Notes: generated by a model from the letters alone, not told the origin. Counted from the first letter of the stretch, positions 1-8,740 are shown. The stretch: DNA of 64,000 nt from Nitrospirota bacterium (GCA_963703955.1 CAVPGK010000011.1:160001-224000); one strand, 5' to 3'. A program made the numbers and translations.

Positions 1-230
1 CTGCAAGTAAAGTCAGGCAGGATCTCTCGGATACCCTGAATCGAGTTGCCCATGGAAGGCAGCGAGTCGTCCTTGTGCGCCGCGGGAAGGAGATCGCGGC
101 TTTGATTCCGATTGAAGATCTGCGATTGCTTGAGGCCTTGGAAGACCCTATTAACCTGGCCGACGCACGCGCCTCACTCGCCGAGGCCAATAAGATCCTT
201 GAGGTCATCATGAAGGAACTTGGTCTCTAA
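1..230 (+). CDS. Phd/YefM-family antitoxin (5' partial)
   Basis: Manual translation from base 3: ASKVRQDLSDTLNRVAHGRQRVVLVRRGKEIAALIPIEDLRLLEALED...ELGL*, a typical Phd/YefM pattern; not in the ORF track. Confidence 0.8.
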   Translation, partial: ASKVRQDLSDTLNRVAHGRQRVVLVRRGKEIAALIPIEDLRLLEALEDPINLADARASLAEANKILEVIMKELGL

Positions 231-241
231 GGCTTACCCGC

Positions 242-491
242 TTGGCTTATTCGGTTCATCTCGCCCCCACCGCTGAGCTCAACTCGGAGCTCTCGACAAA
301 CCTGCCCGACAGAGGATCGTTCGTTGCCTTCGGATGCTAGAGGACAATCCGCGCCCGCGCGGGATCCAGAAGCTCACTGACCCGGAGAATTTCTACCGCA
401 TCCGAGAAGGCTAAAACATCAAGGACAAAGATGATCATTCTCATCGTCAGAATTGGGCATTGGAAAGATGTACGTACGGTCCAGCTACTGA
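242..491 (+). pseudogene. RelE/StbE-family toxin, frameshifted with internal stop
   Basis: Pieces in different frames: MAYSVHLAPTAE / LDKPARQRIVRCLRMLEDNPRPRGIQKLTDPENFYRIREG* / IILIVRIGHWKDV; directly downstream of the antitoxin. Confidence 0.75.
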
Positions 492-621
492 AGACTTATC
501 CTCCCGCCCTAATCATTAGGCGGTCAGTACACGTCAAGCGGGGAAGGAGATTAGAATTCCTGGAGGGATTTCTCTCCGCTCGCTCAATAGAATAGGCGAG
601 CGGTTCAAACGAAGTTTGGTA

Positions 622-649
622 TGGTGGAGGGTACGGGAGTCGAACCCCC
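622..649 (-). repeat. Diverged tRNA-Ala 3'-end fragment (att scar)
   Basis: TGGTGGAGGGTACGGGAGTCGAACCCCC matches 24613-24640 at 24 of 28 positions; the reverse complement reads T-loop TTCGACT, acceptor strand, CCA. Confidence 0.8.
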
Positions 650-785
650 TCCCTCGCGGGCTCGGCTCTGAAACTTGCCTCGCCTGCTCTTACAAAGGGG
701 CCAGCCCCCTCGCATGCTCCCCGCGAAGGGGGCTCACCCCCTTCGTAACCCCCGGTCGGGGGTTCAAATCTTATTCATCTTTTTT
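622..785. mobile_element. Putative non-autonomous tRNA-anchored mini-element with hairpins
   Basis: Bounded by tRNA 3'-end copies at 622 and 786; perfect hairpin CGAAGGGGG-CTCA-CCCCCTTCG (724-745); inverted 17-nt copy of the tRNA T-arm at 754-770. Confidence 0.5.
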
Positions 786-798
786 TGGTGGAGGGCAG
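786..798. repeat. att core, left end of island A
   Basis: TGGTGGAGGGCAG, identical to 24613-24625 (last 13 nt of tRNA-Ala). Confidence 0.85.
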
Positions 799-926
799 CC
801 GATAAATGATTTATTGAGACCGGCAATTCGCATTCCGTTGCGCGCTCACAGCGCGGCCGTCAACGAGCAAAAGTAGCGCAAGATTGATCCGCGAGCCAGG
901 GCGAGGAAGACACAAGTGCCGCTGTA

Positions 927-1109
927 TTACTTGGGCGGGGACTGAGGCATCGCTGCCACGGCGGATGCAGTGGACGTCTGCATGGATGCCTTCAATTCTT
1001 GAATGGCTCTCGCGACGTCACCCTCGGTCGATCCGAATCGGTCTTCCATTACTTTGATGGCCTGATTAATCGCCTTTGTCATTTTTTTGATCTGCTCCTC
1101 AGGTGTCAT
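927..1109 (-). CDS. Small hypothetical protein
   Basis: 60-aa ORF with AAGGAG RBS upstream; helical composition. Confidence 0.5.
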   Translation of the reverse strand: MTPEEQIKKMTKAINQAIKVMEDRFGSTEGDVARAIQELKASMQTSTASAVAAMPQSPPK

Positions 1110-1456
1110 GGAACGTCTCCTTATGGGCGTTCTAACTCTATTCGACGATGGCCCTTGTAATCAAACGTGAGTCAGGATCGCCTGGAAATACAGCTAGAGG
1201 GTATACCTCTGAGCCAATGCAGTCAGGTTAAAATTGCTCAGTTTTCAAGAACCACGAGCCTCCTGTCCGATCTTCTCAGGGATCTCGAAGGATTGCAAGA
1301 GGTCAGCACGCAAAAGCTGGCAGTCATGCCAGTCAGCCGCCGAAGGCGCGGGAATGATGACCTGCGGGTTTGTTTGTTCGCTGGTCGCAGGGGTTGTGGT
1401 CGGGTGATCCTGGTGCCACGCGTCCACCAGTAAGGTGAGGGTATGGGCATAGGCCA

Positions 1457-1620
1457 GTTGCTCGTTTCGCTGGCTGGAAGGGGATGAGTGGGCGAGCCGT
1501 GTCAAGAACGCATTCGACCAAAATTTCTTGAGTGCGAGTGTGGGCCTGACCGTCCAGGAGCATGAGCCGAACCGGCTCGGCGGGGTCAACATCCTGAAGA
1601 GCGAACTGGTCGAATTTTCC
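1457..1620 (+). pseudogene. HK97-type prohead protease remnant
   Basis: Manual translation 1465-1620: FRWLEGDEWASRVKNAFDQNFLSASVGLTVQEHEPNRLGGVNILKSELVEFS, resembling the S-(V/I)-G-F ... EL-x-E-x-S motifs of HK97 maturation proteases; no start codon, frame broken on both sides. Confidence 0.55.
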
Positions 1621-1627
1621 CGCCTTC

Positions 1628-1894
1628 ATGTTTGCGGACGACGACACCCGGGTCCGCATCATTGACGACCCGTTGCATCTACGTGATGACCGCACCCGGC
1701 AGCACATTGGGGAGCGCATGGAGGGGGTGATGCGGCGGGGCCTCGCACAGAACGAACCCATCTACCGAGTCGATCCGGCCGTCATGCGGGAGGCGGCCAA
1801 AACGCTCGCCTCACGACTCGAACGATATACGTACGACCTCATTGCGCACGAGGTCCATGCGGCCATCAATGCCATCCGAGGACGCGTCGATTAA
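1628..1894 (+). CDS. Hypothetical protein (possibly C-terminal part of the protease gene)
   Basis: 88-aa ORF immediately after the protease remnant, same strand. Confidence 0.4.
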   Translation: MFADDDTRVRIIDDPLHLRDDRTRQHIGERMEGVMRRGLAQNEPIYRVDPAVMREAAKTLASRLERYTYDLIAHEVHAAINAIRGRVD

Positions 1895-1926
1895 ACGACG
1901 GATCACACCACAGGAGGGACTGCCGA

Positions 1927-2153
1927 TGAGTGATCTCTCTGACCTGACCCATGAAACGAGCAACAGTCTTCGGGAGGAAATCTTCGAGAACCAACGCAAA
2001 AGCATGGCCCGCCGCGAGGCGATCCGCCTACTGGAACCGGTGTTGAGACGCGCACAGCAGCGGGCGATCGAGGAGGCGCGGCGGCCTATTAAGCTCTATT
2101 ACATCGAAGGGCTTCAGGACTTTGACCCGTCGCTACGGCTGTGGCCACTGTGA
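1927..2153 (+). CDS. Hypothetical protein
   Basis: GGAGGG RBS, MSDLSDLTHETSNSLREEIF..., co-oriented with neighbours. Confidence 0.45.
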
Positions 2154-2189
2154 GTCAGGCCGATACCAACACGTCAGAAGGGAGGCGTC

Positions 2190-2642
2190 ATGTTGAGGAG
2201 TAAGAATGGGCCCGCCACGATGCCGGACCTCGAGGTCCCGATCGATCAATACCCGGACGTCATCACGGCGCGAGAGGGCTTGCAGGCCGCGATTGAACAG
2301 CAAGAGAGGCTCTCTGCCGAATGGGCGACGGTGCAGGAGACGCTCAGGACGGACATCCCGACCTCCTCGTCGAGACGCTTGTCGTCGGCAGAGGAGAAAA
2401 GACTCGCGCTCAAGCGGCGCACGAGTTTACTAGACGAATTCGAGCAGGCCGAAGAGGCCGTCGCGCTGGCCCGCGCCCGACTCGCACAGGCGCGAGCCGA
2501 CGCAAAACAGATGTTCTTGGATATTCATCTGCCGAGGCTGCGTGAGCTGTTCCATGAGGCGTGCGCCCCGCTGGATGAGGTGGCCGAACGCGTCGATGCC
2601 TCGGGGAGTGGTATCGGCAGCTGTGCGACCTCGGGCAACTGA
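2190..2642 (+). CDS. Coiled-coil hypothetical protein, probably frameshifted near 2600
   Basis: GGAGG RBS; heptad-rich E/A/R/L sequence that degrades after VAERVDA. Confidence 0.5.
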   Translation: MLRSKNGPATMPDLEVPIDQYPDVITAREGLQAAIEQQERLSAEWATVQETLRTDIPTSSSRRLSSAEEKRLALKRRTSLLDEFEQAEEAVALARARLAQARADAKQMFLDIHLPRLRELFHEACAPLDEVAERVDASGSGIGSCATSGN

Positions 2643-3224
2643 ACGACGCGGACCGGGCCAGATTTCAATATCCGTTGAGTCATTTCATCTTGACGTATGG
2701 CAGCCCGCACTGGCACGAGACCCGACAGATGTTTCGCGAGCAGGGATTGCTGTGACAGCCGGGGGCCAACAGACGGTGCGGGATTCGGCGCCGACGATCT
2801 GGGCTGCGCGCCCCCGGTGATTACGTGGCGCACCCAGAACGGATCAAGTGGAGGAGCCCGCACGGCGTGGTCGCCGTCGTGCGTTGTGCGACCCAACCGC
2901 TCACCTGCCTCCAATCGGTACCTCCCGCAATCGACCGGGTGAGCGGGCGCGACCTCTTTTCTCTCCTACCCATGTCAGGAGTCGGGAGTTGGGAGATCGT
3001 CGCTGGAAGCGCCCGTGGGTGGGGGGAATCTGAGCGGCACGACCGTGTGTGTCAGGGGTACGGCATGAGCGATCTGTCGAGCGTGTTCATTTGCATAGAG
3101 CGCGTCATGAGGAATCGCCGTGAGGTGGGCCTGGAAGGCGCTAGGACGAGCCGGACGCTATCATCCCCTGAAGTTTGGGGTAGGATCAATCACCTTGAGC
3201 TAACTGCATGCGACGGGGCGGTGG

Positions 3225-3485
3225 TCAGTTTGAGTTCATCCATGTTATCGCCATGGCCAATGCAGCATCATTCGCCTCTTCGTTGGAAGCAAAAGGCTTA
3301 GTAGTGTCGCCATAAATCGGGGTTATGGTTTCTATGCGTTCATCAGTGGATTCCCGAATCTGAGCCGCAGGAATCCAGCCAACTCCAGGGCGTTCATAAG
3401 ACACAAGGCGAAATCGACGATTGTTATAAATGACCCATTCATGCATTTGAAGAATCTCCACGTGCTTCGTCTCTGCCCACTTCAA
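3225..3485 (-). CDS. Hypothetical protein
   Basis: 86-aa ORF, lower GC, protein-like composition. Confidence 0.45.
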   Translation of the reverse strand: MKWAETKHVEILQMHEWVIYNNRRFRLVSYERPGVGWIPAAQIRESTDERIETITPIYGDTTKPFASNEEANDAALAMAITWMNSN

Positions 3486-3512
3486 GGGTTGATGGGTGCG
3501 TTGGGGTTTCCG

Positions 3513-3755
3513 TCATGGTTTCTTCCTTTCATCATGGAGCAGCCAGCTCGCCGGAATCACCGCCTGTTGCCCGGTCAAGGGATGATGCACCCGGATCTGC
3601 CGTCTCCCCACTGGTTCGAGAAAGACACCTTCCAAACGACCGAACAGCGGACTGTCCCAACTCACGCCTTGAACGGCTGTCAAGGGTGGGACGAGTGCGG
3701 TCATAAGCCGCTGGACCTTGTCTTGTTCATCGCTCAGTATCTCAAACAGGCTCAT
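3513..3755 (-). CDS. Hypothetical protein
   Basis: 80-aa ORF with GGAGG RBS. Confidence 0.5.
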   Translation of the reverse strand: MSLFEILSDEQDKVQRLMTALVPPLTAVQGVSWDSPLFGRLEGVFLEPVGRRQIRVHHPLTGQQAVIPASWLLHDERKKP

Positions 3756-3991
3756 TCATCAACCTCCCCGGCGAGGCAGGCTCTATGGTTTTGGATTGCT
3801 TTCGCGTATGGTCCTGGTCGCTTGAGCTTATTGATATGGCCACTCGTGTAGTATGGTAGAAACTCGCGTATCGTCATTGCTTAGACATCCTAATGGTTAA
3901 GTAGTGGTGCAGGGTACCACACTACGTAACATATCGCTCATTTTCCTTATCTGGCAAAATAGGAGGCTAGTGTAGGTACTTATGCCATGAC

Positions 3992-4114
3992 ATGCTGTCA
4001 AAACAGGAGGGTGTCCGCTTTCCGGCATACATCGTGCTGGTCGGGGTCAGCTTGCTCCTCTGGGCCCTGGTCATCGTGCTGCCGTGGGCACGGACGCGAC
4101 GGCGGAAACCGTAA
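3992..4114 (+). CDS. Small single-pass membrane peptide (40 aa)
   Basis: MLSKQEGVRFPAYIVLVGVSLLLWALVIVLPWARTRRRKP*: one hydrophobic helix and a basic tail; below the ORF track cutoff. Confidence 0.4.
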   Translation: MLSKQEGVRFPAYIVLVGVSLLLWALVIVLPWARTRRRKP

Positions 4115-4317
4115 GGGACGCTCCGAGACGAAGTAACGACAAGGACGCGGGCGCACGCACAAACAAATATCGTCATGTAACGATATTAAATTGCCGAAGC
4201 AACTCAACGATGTGATGTAGCGCAGACGAATCGAGGACGGGACCGGGGGTCCATCTCTATCCGAGGTGCCCCCTTTTTCTGTATCGTAGGTACGTCTAAA
4301 CGCACGCAGGAGACACG

Positions 4318-4650
4318 ATGAGGCGGTGTGAGCAGTGCCACACAGACTTTGAGCCGAAACACCCCAGAGCGCGATTCTGTTCGTCCCACTGTCGGGGGGC
4401 CGCGTGGTATGGGCAGCGGCACATGAGGCTGATGACCCTCCGGGGCCTGGTCGTGCGGGTGATCGAGGAAGTGGATGGGCGGGCAACTGTCCGTGAGGAC
4501 CACAAAAGTGTTTTGGCGGAAGAGCCGAAAGAACATCGCCACAATCTCGAACACGAGACGCGTGAGTGGTCGCGACCCGAAGCGCTGCGCCTTTTGCGGG
4601 CAGAAGGCCTGGGCCGGACGCACCGACCTCAGCGGGGTGTTTCTCTGTGA
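4318..4650 (+). CDS. Small Zn-finger protein (CxxC...CxxxC)
   Basis: AGGAG RBS; MRRCEQC...RFCSSHCR; 3' half overlaps the next ORF, so the true end is uncertain. Confidence 0.5.
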   Translation: MRRCEQCHTDFEPKHPRARFCSSHCRGAAWYGQRHMRLMTLRGLVVRVIEEVDGRATVREDHKSVLAEEPKEHRHNLEHETREWSRPEALRLLRAEGLGRTHRPQRGVSL

Positions 4651-4711
4651 ATCGTGCTGCCAGCGGGGCGAGCGACTACTGAAAGAACGGAGACTCAAGA
4701 AGGAGGAGTGA
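4475..4711 (+). CDS. Small basic Zn-finger protein
   Basis: CAFCG...LCESC motif pair. Confidence 0.4.
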   Translation: MGGQLSVRTTKVFWRKSRKNIATISNTRRVSGRDPKRCAFCGQKAWAGRTDLSGVFLCESCCQRGERLLKERRLKKEE

Positions 4712-4714
4712 GCG

Positions 4715-5026
4715 ATGGCACTCGCCGACTGGCTGATTCGCATCGGAGGCATCATGACGCTTGACAACTGGCTGATCCTCATCGGAGCCATCATGATGCT
4801 CATCGGACTAGGACTGGCCTTCGTCTCGACTCGCATGATTGCAGAGGTGGGAGCAGCCCGTAGGGGCCTTCTTCTCTTCGGACTCGAACCAGGAAGTCCT
4901 AAGGAGATTGAGCGGGCTCGCTTGCTGAAACGGTCTGACGTAGCATTTTGGTTGGGATTGGGATTCACGGCTGCCGGCATCATCTTCCAGACCGTCGGCG
5001 CGCTGTTAGCGGGAAACCCTCATTAA
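4715..5026 (+). CDS. Small membrane protein
   Basis: GGAGGAG RBS; two hydrophobic segments; imperfect 39-bp tandem duplication at the N-terminus. Confidence 0.55.
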   Translation: MALADWLIRIGGIMTLDNWLILIGAIMMLIGLGLAFVSTRMIAEVGAARRGLLLFGLEPGSPKEIERARLLKRSDVAFWLGLGFTAAGIIFQTVGALLAGNPH

Positions 5027-5039
5027 GGGAGGATTGACC

Positions 5040-6772
5040 ATGAACGTCGCCCTGTACGCTCGATTCAGCAGTGAACACCAACGGGAGACCTCCATTACCG
5101 ACCAGTTTCGGAACTGCGAGCAATACGCAGCGCGCCAAGGCTGGACCGTCACGCATCGCTACGAGGACAAGGCGATCTCCGGGGCGACGGCCGAGCGTCC
5201 CGGCTATCAGCAGATGCTGAAAGATGCGCAGGCGCATCGGTTCGACGCGCTGTTGATCGACGACTTCTCGCGCCTCTCGCGTGATCAGGTCGAGACGGAG
5301 CAAGCCCGACGACGGATGGTGCACTGGAAGGTGCGGCTGATCGGCGTCTCCGACGGCATCGATACCGCCGCCAAGGGGCACAAGCTGCTCTCCGGGTTCA
5401 AGGGGATCATGAATGAAGTCTTCCTCGACGATCTGAAGGACAAAGTCAGTCGCGGGATGGTGGGGCAAGCCCTGAAGGGCTATCACTGCGGCGGGCGGTC
5501 ATATGGCTACACGCTCAAATCCGACTATGATGCGAGCAAGCCCGATCAGGCACGATCGGCGATTCTCGGCTCTCGGCTGGCGATCCATCCGGAGCAGGCG
5601 CGATGGGTCCGGTGGATTTTCCAACAGTATGCGGACGGCTGGTCGCCGCTGAAGATCGTCAACGAACTCAACCGCAAGGCGATTCCTCCGCCTGGCGCCG
5701 CCTATCGCCGCACGTCCACGCGACGCCCCTCCTGGTGCGCCAGTGCGCTGCACGGCGATCTGAATCAAGGCACGGGCTTGCTCAATAACCCGCTGTACAT
5801 CGGGCAGTCGATCTGGAACCGGTCGCGGTGGGAGAAAGACCCCGACACCAAGCGCAAGAACGCTTCCTGCGCGACCGGAGCGAGTGGGTGGTCACCCCGG
5901 CCCCGCATCTGCGCATCGTGACCGACGATCTCTGGGAGCGCGTCAAGGCGCGCCAGCGGGAGATCAGACACAGCAGTGCGGCGATCCGTGAGGCGTTGCA
6001 CGTCAACGCCCGGACCGGGCGCGGGCCGAAGTATCTCTTCTCCGGGCTGCTCATCTGTGGGGCGTGCGGCGGGAAGTACGTCATTACCGAACCGCATCGC
6101 TACGGCTGTAGCACCTGGCTCTATCGCGGCGAGTCGGTGTGCGCCAATACGGTGAAGGTCTCACGGACATTGGTCGAGACGTTGCTCCTGGAGTCCATCC
6201 AGCGCGACCTCTTCACCGACGAGGCGCTCGCCCTCTTCAAGCAGGAGACGGCCCGATTATTAGCAGAGCGGCGACAGGCGCAGACGCCTGATCTCGTGCA
6301 GGCCAAGGCCCGCCTCGCGCAGGTGGAGCAGCAGATTGCACACATGCTGGCGGCGATCAAGGAGGGCTTCCGATCCGACACGCTCAAGCAAGAGTTAGAG
6401 GAGGCGGAACGGGAACGCGCCCGGCTACAGACCACGATCCACGGGCAGCGCCAGACGCTCGACAAGGTGGCCGACGTCCTCCCCAACGCGGTGGCGCGAT
6501 TCAAGACGCTCGTCGAGAATCTGTCCACCGTGACGCAGAAGCAGGTCGATAAGGCGCGTGGGATTCTTCGGGACTTGGTGGGGAAGCAGATTCCGTTACA
6601 CCCGACCACCCACGGCACGGAGCGGTATCTGACGGCGGAATTGTCCGGGGATTATGCGGGGCTGATCCGGCTCGTCCTGGGTCAAAATAAGTTTGGTGGA
6701 GGGCAGGTGTTACGCCCGTGGTTGGCAACATCACTTTCTTTTGAACTGAAGGGCACTGCGATTGCTGCCTGA
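5040..6772 (+). CDS. Large serine recombinase (integrase), split by a 1-nt frameshift near 5858
   Basis: MNVALYARFSS catalytic motif, DDFSRLSRD, recombinase domain (LLNNPLYIG), Zn-ribbon (LFSGLLICGACG...YGC...C) and coiled coil; ORFs 5034-5921 and 5828-6772 join at DPDTKRK/RFLRDRSEW. Confidence 0.9.
6694..6707. repeat. att core, junction of islands A and B
   Basis: TGGTGGAGGGCAGG, identical to 24613-24626; encodes GGGQ within the recombinase ORF. Confidence 0.85.
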
Positions 6773-6914
6773 GCTTGATAGAGGCAATACGGGTTCAAAT
6801 CCCCAACGGGATATTTCCCAAGGGGGCCATGCAGTTATCCCATTCTTCCTAAACATCACCGTGAGCGCAGTGTGGGTCAAAACGATGCGTTCACATCCTT
6901 GAGAATCGAGCCAG

Positions 6915-7262
6915 AAGCCCAATCCCCGCAATACCCAAGCATGGGCTTACCCGATGAAACGTGCCCTGAGGGAGCACGGTACACGGGCAATAGACCGCAG
7001 AACCAGCCTTGGGAAGGCGCTCGACCGTTGGGGATCAACTGGTCTCTGACCTGGGCGGACTTGAACAGGTTTCGACTCAACAGCACGCCATCATCAATGT
7101 CGCGGTCAAAACCAAGCTACTACTCGATAGCATTGACGCCTGGCTCTTGCAGCAACCTAGCCTCATCAACCCTCGCAAGCGATCCGTTCATCCGGTAGTC
7201 CTTCAGAGACAGCAACTTGCCGATAGCCTCATCCGCGCAATGGACCAGCTCGGCTTAGATGG
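6915..7262 (+). pseudogene. Frameshifted phage-satellite-like helical protein (possibly small terminase-like)
   Basis: Across frames: KHGLT/MKRALREHGTRAIDRRTSLGKALDRW/DQLVSDLGGLEQVSTQQHAIINVAVKTKLLLDSIDAWLL...; similar fragment at ~1250-1328. Confidence 0.45.
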
Positions 7263-7480
7263 CTCTGCAACCTGTCTCAATCCTGGTCGTACTCATGGTT
7301 ATCCTTCCAGTCATTATCCATCAGCGTCGAATGTTTCGCCTTCCGGCATCTGCTCTCCCAACAGGAGTTGCCGGCCCACCCATGGAGCGCTGTCTGCGCT
7401 CTATGCGTCACGTCGAGCCCAACGGTGTACGGACCAATCCGGTCACCTCACGACCGCCGTTTGGAATCGATCCCGGCCCA

Positions 7481-7681
7481 CTAGATTGGCTGAACCGTCG
7501 CGCCAGCCGGTTCTCGATCGGTCTCGGATCGCGATCGCCGCCGTCTGACCCCCTCCGGCTCTTCCTTCAGCGACCAGAACACTCCTGCGGCCATCGCGAG
7601 TGCGACCAAGCCAACTATTATGAGAGAGAAGGACTCGGTTGGAGGAAGTCCGTTCCAGAACTCGACAGTGCGCGAACCCAT
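7481..7681 (-). CDS. Small membrane protein
   Basis: AAGGAG RBS, one transmembrane segment, downstream of hsp20. Confidence 0.4.
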   Translation of the reverse strand: MGSRTVEFWNGLPPTESFSLIIVGLVALAMAAGVFWSLKEEPEGVRRRRSRSETDREPAGATVQPI

Positions 7682-7742
7682 TGCATCGCTCCTTCGGCAT
7701 CTGACATGGCATGGGAGGTGACAGGTCTCGCCCGCATCTCGG

Positions 7743-8192
7743 CTATGCCACTTTCACCTCGATCGCTTTCGGTTTCGCCTTTTCGGACTTCGGTAGGTGG
7801 ACATGCAGCACGCCATCTGTGAACTCCGCCATGACCTTCATGTCGTCGGCATCGTCCGGCACGGTGAAGCTCCTCACGAATGTTCCATATGTCCGCTCGA
7901 TCCGGTGATACTTCTTCCCTTTTTCCTCCTTCTCTTGCTTTCGTTCGCCCTGGATGGTCAACACCCCGTCCTGCACCGTGACTTTCACGTCTTCCTTCTT
8001 CACTTCGGGCAGTTCGGCTTTGATCACATATTCTTTGGCGTCTTCGCTGATATCCACGGCTGGAGACCAGTCCGCCACGGTCAGTGTCTCCTTGCTACCC
8101 TCCTGCCGTGCCGGTAATCGACCGAGTAGGCGGGTGAACCGCTCGCTCATTTCCTCAAGCTCCCGAGATGGATCCAAACGCAACAGATTCAT
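7743..8192 (-). CDS. Hsp20/alpha-crystallin small heat-shock protein
   Basis: WSPAVDISE...AELPEV...VLTIQGER...ERTYGTFVRSF...DGVLHVHLPK. Confidence 0.95.
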   Translation of the reverse strand: MNLLRLDPSRELEEMSERFTRLLGRLPARQEGSKETLTVADWSPAVDISEDAKEYVIKAELPEVKKEDVKVTVQDGVLTIQGERKQEKEEKGKKYHRIERTYGTFVRSFTVPDDADDMKVMAEFTDGVLHVHLPKSEKAKPKAIEVKVA

Positions 8193-8327
8193 GGCGACCT
8201 CCTTTATACTTTTATATTGTTCCCCACACCTCGATATGGTACCGGATGCTCTATCCTCCTGGATCCGACATACGTTCCTACAGGCTGATCCTGGCTGCCT
8301 CCCTCGAGACCAAGGCTGCTGCTATGA

Positions 8328-8740
8328 TCATGCGCCCTGCATGGCGGCCGTGAGTTCCGGGCGCGGAACACCTCCCATCGTGAGACCATCACTGCCGCGG
8401 TCCACAACCACCCGCTGCCCGGGCCGGATCTCGCCTGCAATGATCTTCTCGGAGAGCGGCTCAAGGACATGCTCTTGGATCGTCCGTCGCAGCGGACGCG
8501 CGCCGAACGCCGGCTCGTACCCCACCTTCGCTAGGAAGTCTTTGGCGGACTCCGTCAGCTCGATCTCCAGGTCGCGCTGGGCGATCAACCGCGCCATGCT
8601 CCGCATCTGGATATCCACGATCTCGCGGATTCGCCGCGCATCGAGCCGCTTAAAGACGATGGCGGCATCGATGCGGTCAAGAACTCCGGTCGGAACGTGG
8701 CCCGCAATGCCTCGAGCACCCGTTTTCTCGGCCTCCCACC
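8328..8740 (-). pseudogene. Clp ATPase (ClpB-like) C-terminal remnant
   Basis: VLEALRATFRPEFL / RIDAAIVFKRL...GYEPAFGARPLRRTIQ; frameshifted, N-terminal domains absent. Confidence 0.85.

Larger units (their letters stand above)
786..6706. mobile_element. Island A: serine-recombinase integrative element, decayed phage-satellite-like
   Basis: 13-bp direct repeats at both ends, large serine recombinase at the right end, prohead protease remnant and many small ORFs. Confidence 0.75.

Noticed and set aside
616..876. 86-aa ORF MVWWRVRESNP...
   Set aside because: N-terminus is the antisense reading of a tRNA end; only the part after GGGQ is plausibly coding, as a recombinase tail
1245..1761. Minus-strand ORFs 1245-1592 and 1333-1761
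   Set aside because: They overlap the + strand protease-like frame, which has recognisable motifs
3755..3876. Short minus-strand ORF MTIREFLPYYTSGHINKLKRPGPY, possibly a tyrosine integrase N-terminal remnant
   Set aside because: Too short and lacks catalytic motifs
5850..5870. Programmed frameshift in the recombinase
   Set aside because: No slippery heptamer; a single lost base or a sequencing error is simpler
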